Assembly: GCA_044223665.1 (NCBI GenBank)
Contig: JBGALT010000015.1
Span: 10,810-74,809, forward strand
Direction of reading: 5' to 3'
DNA length: 64,000 nt
DNA from: Sandaracinaceae bacterium
GTDB lineage: Bacteria > Myxococcota_A > Polyangia > Polyangiales > Sandaracinaceae
Shown: piece after piece, positions 57,512 through 64,000 of the stretch
Numbering within the stretch: the first letter of the stretch is position 1
How the letters are laid out: every line of letters begins with the position of its first letter
Program-made: the position numbers and the translations under genes
The notes under the pieces: model-generated
Databases searched by the model: none
What the model saw: only the letters and a program-made list of their open reading frames with translations
What the model was told of the DNA's origin: nothing

Positions 57512-58414
57512 ATGGAGAAAGCAGCGCCCCTCGACGATCTCGCGGTCTTCGTCCACGTCGTCGAGCTCGCGAGCATGAGCGCCGCCGCCCGCCGTCTGGG
57601 CGTGCCGAAGTCGACGGTGAGCCGCGCCATCGCGCGTCTCGAGGACGGCCTCCGCGTGCGCCTGTTCCAGCGCACGACGCGCTCGCTCGCCGCGACCGAC
57701 GCCGGCCGTGCGCTCTACGCCGAGGTGCTGCCCCACATCGAGGCGCTGCGCTCGGCGGCGTCGCTGGTCGCTCGCCAGAACGAAGCACCATGCGGCCCTC
57801 TGCGCGTCACGGCGCCGAACGACCTCGCGACACTCCTTCTCGCCGACGTGGTCACGCGGTTCCGACTGCGCTACCCGGAGGTCACCGTCGACCTCGTGGC
57901 GACGCCGCGCACCGTCGACCTCGTGGCCGAGGGCGTGGATCTCGCGATTCGGGCCGGCGTGCTGCGCGACTCGAGCCTCGTGGCCCGCAAGATCCTCGCG
58001 ACCGACCTCTGGCTCTGCGCCTCGCCCAGCTACCTCGCGCGACGCGGCGTCCCGCGCACCATCGCCGAGCTGAGCGCGCACGACGCCGTCGTGTTCCGAC
58101 CCAAGAACGGGCGCGCGCACTGGACGTTCGAGGCGCGGGGCGAGAAGTCGAGCGTCGACGTCACCGCGAGCGTGTCGAGCGACGACTACGCGTTCCTGAC
58201 CGCGGCCGCCGTCAGCGGCGCCGGCATCGCGCTGATGCCTCGCTTCACCGCCGACGCCGAGCTCCGCGCCGGCCGCCTCGTCCGGGTGCTTCCGACCCAC
58301 GCGAGCCCCGGCGGCGCCGTGTACGTGGTGCACGCGTCGAGCAAGCACGTCCCGCCCAAGGTCGCGGCCTTCCGCGACTTCCTCGTCGAGTCGCTCCGCA
58401 GCGCCTCGATCTGA
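57512..58414 (+). CDS. LysR-family transcriptional regulator
   Basis: The N-terminal wHTH is LAVFVHVVELASMSAAARRLGVPKSTVSRAIARLE, followed by a LysR substrate-binding domain. 300 aa. Confidence 0.9.
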   Translation: MEKAAPLDDLAVFVHVVELASMSAAARRLGVPKSTVSRAIARLEDGLRVRLFQRTTRSLAATDAGRALYAEVLPHIEALRSAASLVARQNEAPCGPLRVTAPNDLATLLLADVVTRFRLRYPEVTVDLVATPRTVDLVAEGVDLAIRAGVLRDSSLVARKILATDLWLCASPSYLARRGVPRTIAELSAHDAVVFRPKNGRAHWTFEARGEKSSVDVTASVSSDDYAFLTAAAVSGAGIALMPRFTADAELRAGRLVRVLPTHASPGGAVYVVHASSKHVPPKVAAFRDFLVESLRSASI

Positions 58415-58415
58415 G

Positions 58416-58461
58416 CGAGTCAGGGGACGCTTCGGTGATCCGAAGCGAGTCCCCTGACTCG
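58416..58461. terminator. long imperfect hairpin between the convergent LysR and JmjC genes (likely bidirectional terminator)
   Basis: CGAGTCAGGGGACGCTTCGG, loop TGAT, then CCGAAGCGAGTCCCCTGACTCG. The stem is about 20 bp with a 2-nt bulge and starts 2 nt after the LysR stop. Confidence 0.55.
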
Positions 58462-58506
58462 TGCGGGAGCGATGCGGCCGTGCACGCCGCCCCCGCGAGC
58501 CCTCGA

Positions 58507-59700
58507 TCAGGGCAGCTTGTGGACCATGCCCTCGCGCACGAGGCGCTTGATGAGCACGAGCTTGCCCTCGTCGTCGAGATCGCCCGGCAGATCACGGACG
58601 GCGAACGCAGCCGTCTCGAGCGCGTAGCGCGTCGGCTCCGCCGCGTACGCGGGCAGTCGCATCTCGGCGCCGTAGCAGGACACGATGAACTGCCCGTCCT
58701 TCTCGCGGTACCGATAGAGCAGGTTCGGGCGTGCCCCGACGCGGTCGTCGAGGCCGATCTTCGAGAGCCCCAGCACCTGCATGAGCTGGCCCTCGAGGAG
58801 CGCCGTACGCGAAGAGACCAGGTCGTCCGCGAAGTGGTCGAGCGCAGCGTCGGCGTCGGCGCGCTCGGCCAGACGGCGGAACATGTCCTTGAACTTCGCC
58901 CGCGCCTCGGTCCGGTCGAACTCCGTGCGTGCGTAGCCCGGCGGGAGCGAGCGGCGCATCTCGAGATCGGTGAGCGCCATCTTCGCGACGGCCTCGAGCA
59001 CGGCCTCGGTCCACGTCGTCTGGAGCGCGCCGACCGTGATGTGGAGCGTCTCGCCCTCGCGCGTCTGCGCGTCGTGCATGATGCCGCGCGGCAGATAGAA
59101 CATGTCGCCCGGCTCGAGATCGAACTCCATCGTGACCGCGCCGACCGGCGTCTCGGCCCGCTTGAACGACTGGCCGCGGAACGGCAGCTCGATCGGCGTG
59201 TCGAAGATCTGCCAGTGCTTGGTGCCGTGCACCTGGAGGATGAAGACGTCGTGGCTGTCGTAGTGGGGCGGGAAGCCCTGCGAGCCCGGCGGCGTCATGT
59301 AGATGTTGGTCTGGAAGCGGCACGAGAGCTCGCGCTCGAGCGAGCGGCAGAAGTCGTGCAGCCGCGGGACGAACGTGTGCAGCTGGTTGAAGCCGATCGT
59401 GCCGCCGTCGGCGAACTGCTGGTACAGCCGGGCCAGGTCCACGACCCCGTCCGGGAACGTGTACGACTTGGCGTCCACCGGGTTGCGCGCGTTCGCGATG
59501 AACGCGTTCGAGTTCGTCAGGGTGTTGGACGTGATGACGCGATCGAGCGCCTCCAGCGTCAGCAGATCACCGTAATACGCACGATCCTTTCGGCGGATGA
59601 GGAGCGGCTTCTTCTCCCAGTACTCCTCGAAGAACTGCTTCCTCGAGATGGGATGGAGAATCGATTCGAAGTCGTACTGACGCGCGGAACGCTGGGCCAT
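58507..59700 (-). CDS. JmjC/cupin-4 family oxygenase (ribosomal-oxygenase-like)
   Basis: 397 aa. YMTPPGSQGFPPHYDSHDVFILQVHGTKHW...GDMFYLPRGIMHDA carries the HxD...H 2-oxoglutarate/Fe(II) facial triad. Confidence 0.8.
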   Translation of the reverse strand: MAQRSARQYDFESILHPISRKQFFEEYWEKKPLLIRRKDRAYYGDLLTLEALDRVITSNTLTNSNAFIANARNPVDAKSYTFPDGVVDLARLYQQFADGGTIGFNQLHTFVPRLHDFCRSLERELSCRFQTNIYMTPPGSQGFPPHYDSHDVFILQVHGTKHWQIFDTPIELPFRGQSFKRAETPVGAVTMEFDLEPGDMFYLPRGIMHDAQTREGETLHITVGALQTTWTEAVLEAVAKMALTDLEMRRSLPPGYARTEFDRTEARAKFKDMFRRLAERADADAALDHFADDLVSSRTALLEGQLMQVLGLSKIGLDDRVGARPNLLYRYREKDGQFIVSCYGAEMRLPAYAAEPTRYALETAAFAVRDLPGDLDDEGKLVLIKRLVREGMVHKLP

Positions 59701-59792
59701 GCGGGTCCCTCCGCGTACGCCCTACGCGCCCGACGGCGAGCTCTTAGGAGCCCGCTCACAGGAAAAGCGCCGCTCGCGGACGTAGCGCCGCG

Positions 59793-61340
<1,548 letters not shown>

Positions 61341-61627
61341 CGCGGCCGAGTGTCGCACGACGAGCGCGTCGATCGCACGCGGCAATCGCCGCCGGGTGCG
61401 CCGCGCCGCGAGGCAGAGCCGCGCGCTCGTCGCGCTCCTGCGCGCACGCCGCTTCCCCACACCGCTCGCGCACCGCGGCGCCGCGTCGCGATCGCCCGGC
61501 TCCCGCGTGGCGTCGGTGAGCGCCGGTGCCTCCTTCGTCGCACCGGGCGCGCGTCCGCGCACGGGCCCGGGCCCGCGCGCCGCTCGGCACGAGCGCTGCA
61601 CTCGAGACGAGAGCACGGAGGTTCGAC

Positions 61628-62107
61628 ATGAACGTGATCGTGAAGGGTGTGGCCGCGCTCGGCGTGGTCGGGCTCGTCGTTGCGGGCGCAGGCTGCGGAG
61701 GCGCGCAGCCCCCGACGCGTGCGCAGTCCGACGCAGTGGCTGCGGTTCGCTCGGCCGAAGCGCTCGATGCCTCGGCGACGCCGGCCTCGGCCTACCAGCT
61801 GGAGCTCGCGCGCGGTGAGATGCAGCAGGCGGACGCTCTGATCCGTCAGGGCCGCATGGAACAGGCGCGCGACGTGCTCGAGCGCGCGAAGGCGGACGCC
61901 GAGCTGGCGATGGCGCTCCGCCGCGAGGCGCAGGCGCGCGACGAGGCACAGGACGCGCACGAGCATCTCGACACGCTCCGTACGTCCCAGGAAGAGGTCA
62001 CGAGCGGGGGCGCGGTGCCGACGCGCGCCGATTCGCCTACGGGCGGGCCATCCGGCGCGGCCCAGACGACGACCACCACCACCGTGACCACCACCGCGAC
62101 GCCCTGA
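61628..62107 (+). CDS. DUF4398-like lipoprotein
   Basis: Lipobox VAGAGCGG, the helical segment [42 protein letters not shown], and a Thr-rich tail. Confidence 0.65.
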   Translation: MNVIVKGVAALGVVGLVVAGAGCGGAQPPTRAQSDAVAAVRSAEALDASATPASAYQLELARGEMQQADALIRQGRMEQARDVLERAKADAELAMALRREAQARDEAQDAHEHLDTLRTSQEEVTSGGAVPTRADSPTGGPSGAAQTTTTTTVTTTATP

Positions 62108-62143
62108 GCGGCCATCGACTTCGCAGAGAAAGAGGAGACGAAC

Positions 62144-63088
62144 ATGAGCAACGACAAGACGTGGATCGCGCTCGTTCTCGCCGCGGTGACGGCCGGCGCG
62201 TCGATGGGATGCGGGCGCGCGGCGATCTCGCCGCAGCTCGCCAGCGCGCGGCGCACGATGGAAGAGGCGCGCAGCGGCGCCGCGGGCCGGCTCGAGCCGG
62301 ACGAGCTGCTCGTCGCGCAGCGGACGCTCACCACGGCGGAAGGCCAAGACGACGGCTCGCCGCGCGAGCAGCACTTCGCCTACCTCGCCGAGCGGCAGAC
62401 CCGCGTGGCGATGGCGGACGCGCGCAGGGACGAGGTGCAGCAGGGCCTCGAGCAGGACCACGACGCGTACCAGCGCGAGCTCGAGCGCATCGCGCACGAG
62501 CGCGGCCGTGCGCTCGAGGAGACGCGCGGCGCGCTCGCGGCCCGCGATCAGACCCTGGCCCAGCGCGAGAGCCAGCTCTCGCAGCAAGAGCAGCAGCTCG
62601 AGGCCGAGCGGCAGGCTCGCGCCGAGGCCGAAGCGCGCGCCCAGGACGCGCTGGCGCGCCTTCGGGACCTCGCGACCGTGCGCGAGGAGCCCACGCAGAC
62701 CGTCATCACGCTCACGGGCGACGTGCTCTTCGAGAGCGATCGGTCCGAGCTGCGGCCCGAGGCGCAGGAGCGCCTGCGCCCGGTGGCCGACGCCATCCGC
62801 GCGACCGGCGACACGGCGGTCATCGTCGGCTTCACCGACTCGCGAGGCTCCGACGAGTACAACCGTCAGCTCTCGCAGCGCCGCGCCGAGTCGGTCCGCA
62901 ATTTCCTGATCGGCGAGGGCGTGCAGGGCGACCGCATCCGCGCCGAGGGGCGCGGAGAGACGAGCCCCATCGCGAGCAACGACACGGCCGAGGGGCGCGC
63001 CGAGAATCGCCGCGTCGAGAACTCGCTCCATCCGAGCCAGGTCGCGGCCGCCGAAGCGACCGCGAGCGGCGCGCTCGCCACGCGCTGA
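62144..63088 (+). CDS. OmpA-family lipoprotein with DUF4398-like/coiled-coil N-terminal half
   Basis: Lipobox GASMGCG and a coiled coil. The OmpA_C domain reads ITLTGDVLFESDRSELRPEAQ...GFTDSRGSDEYNRQLSQRRAESV...NRRVE. Confidence 0.85.
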   Translation: MSNDKTWIALVLAAVTAGASMGCGRAAISPQLASARRTMEEARSGAAGRLEPDELLVAQRTLTTAEGQDDGSPREQHFAYLAERQTRVAMADARRDEVQQGLEQDHDAYQRELERIAHERGRALEETRGALAARDQTLAQRESQLSQQEQQLEAERQARAEAEARAQDALARLRDLATVREEPTQTVITLTGDVLFESDRSELRPEAQERLRPVADAIRATGDTAVIVGFTDSRGSDEYNRQLSQRRAESVRNFLIGEGVQGDRIRAEGRGETSPIASNDTAEGRAENRRVENSLHPSQVAAAEATASGALATR

Positions 63089-63209
63089 CCAAGGGCGCAT
63101 TCGAGCGCCGAGACCAGGCAGACCGGGACCGCGGCGCGAGGCGGTACGCTTCGCGCGGCATCGCGCCTTCGACGACGATCGGATCGCGGTGCCTCCGTCG
63201 CCGCGGCGC

Positions 63210-64000
63210 TCAATGCGCCGCGCCGCGACGTGCGGCCGCCGCGTGCGGACCGCTCGGCGCGAGGTCGAGATAGTGCTGGTAGGCGGCGGCGGCGTCGGCC
63301 GAGTGCGCGTCGTGCAGGACCTCGCCGAGGTAGAACCACGCGTCGGGCGTGGCGCCCTCGACCCCGCTCGCCTGCTGCAAGAGGAGCAGCGCCTGTGCCT
63401 GGTCGTGGCCCGCGAGCGCCGCGCGCGCGCAAGACCGTGAGCCTCGTGCGCAGCGACGGCGGTCGGATGCGGTGCTCGAGCGAGCTCGTCGCACGATCGA
63501 GCAGCGGGCCGGCGTCGCGCGCCTCGCCGGCCTCGACGTGGAGCGCCGCCCGCCCGAGCAGGGCCTCCGGCAGCTCGGCATCGATGCCCAGCGCGCGATC
63601 GAAGGCCTCGCCGGCCGCGCTCGCCTCGCCCGCGCCTGCGAGCGTCGCCGAGCGACCACCGCAGGGCGTCGCTCTCGGTGAGGGCCTCAACTCCCCGCGC
63701 ACCGCGTCGCCGAAGTGCCCATGCGCCATCACCGCGGAGTGCGCGCTCGTGAATGCGCCGAGCCTTTCCTCGCGATCCCCGCCGCGCACCGACTCCATCT
63801 GCACGTCCGCATCGTCGAGCCGCCGCAGGCCGATGAGCGCCTCCACGCGCCCGAGGCGGCCCGTCAGCGAGAGCGACGCGCCCGAGGCGCTGCCGGCCAA
63901 GCGCGCGATCTCGCCGTACATGGTGTCGGCCGCCGCGTAGTCGCCGGTGTCGAGCAGGAGGCCGGCGAGCGCGACCTTGGCGTCGACGAGCTCGGTGGAG
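63210..64000 (-). pseudogene. TPR-repeat protein; the 5' end lies outside the window and there is an apparent frameshift near 63425-63435
   Basis: The upstream part is in the frame of ORF 62866..63921 (...AGEAFDRALGIDAELPEALLGRAALHVEAGE...). The C-terminal part (ALAGHDQAQALLLLQQA...DAWFYLGEVLHD...YQHYLDLAP) is in the frame of ORF 63210..63659. Confidence 0.6.

Overview
The window is a 64-kb, very GC-rich chromosomal segment (roughly 70% GC or more, judged by eye). It is densely packed with about 64 protein-coding genes. I could not recognise any rRNA, tRNA, CRISPR array, transposase, integrase or phage gene. The gene content points to a myxobacterium, which is an inference. The evidence for that is the many lipoproteins with Asp/Ala/Gly-rich linkers, a MYXO-CTERM-like tail, two AgmX/PglI-like C-terminal domains, an ECF sigma/FecR pair, a Hanks-type kinase, several Cys-rich repeat lipoproteins and SpoVR. 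Secure housekeeping anchors are smc, glpK, mtnA, trmL, mepA, a Slt-type lytic transglycosylase, two peroxiredoxins, a CDF transporter, a DedA protein, an APC permease, a rimI-like GNAT and an OmpA-family protein. I did not find a convincing new defence or mobile system. The observations most worth a second look are listed here. (1) Two tandem vWA-lipoprotein paralogs have a broken junction: the downstream copy has no start codon or signal peptide and overlaps the upstream copy out of frame. (2) A 12-gene co-directional envelope cluster is headed by the ECF sigma/FecR pair. (3) spoVR has no prkA/yeaH partners and is followed by a JmjC/cupin-4 oxygenase gene. (4) A perfect 26-bp AT-rich palindrome sits in the centre of the 415-bp divergent region upstream of a Prx5-aldolase pair. 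(5) A VOC-fold ORF has no in-frame start and no stop before the downstream SGNH hydrolase. (6) At least seven reading-frame breaks occur in otherwise well-conserved genes, several next to short G or C runs. These could be assembly indels or real gene decay. (7) Small tandem repeats are present (four copies at about 16-bp spacing, a 32-bp duplication across a stop codon, and a (CCG)7 run). All long Arg/Ala-rich ORFs antisense to these genes are treated as GC-driven shadow ORFs.
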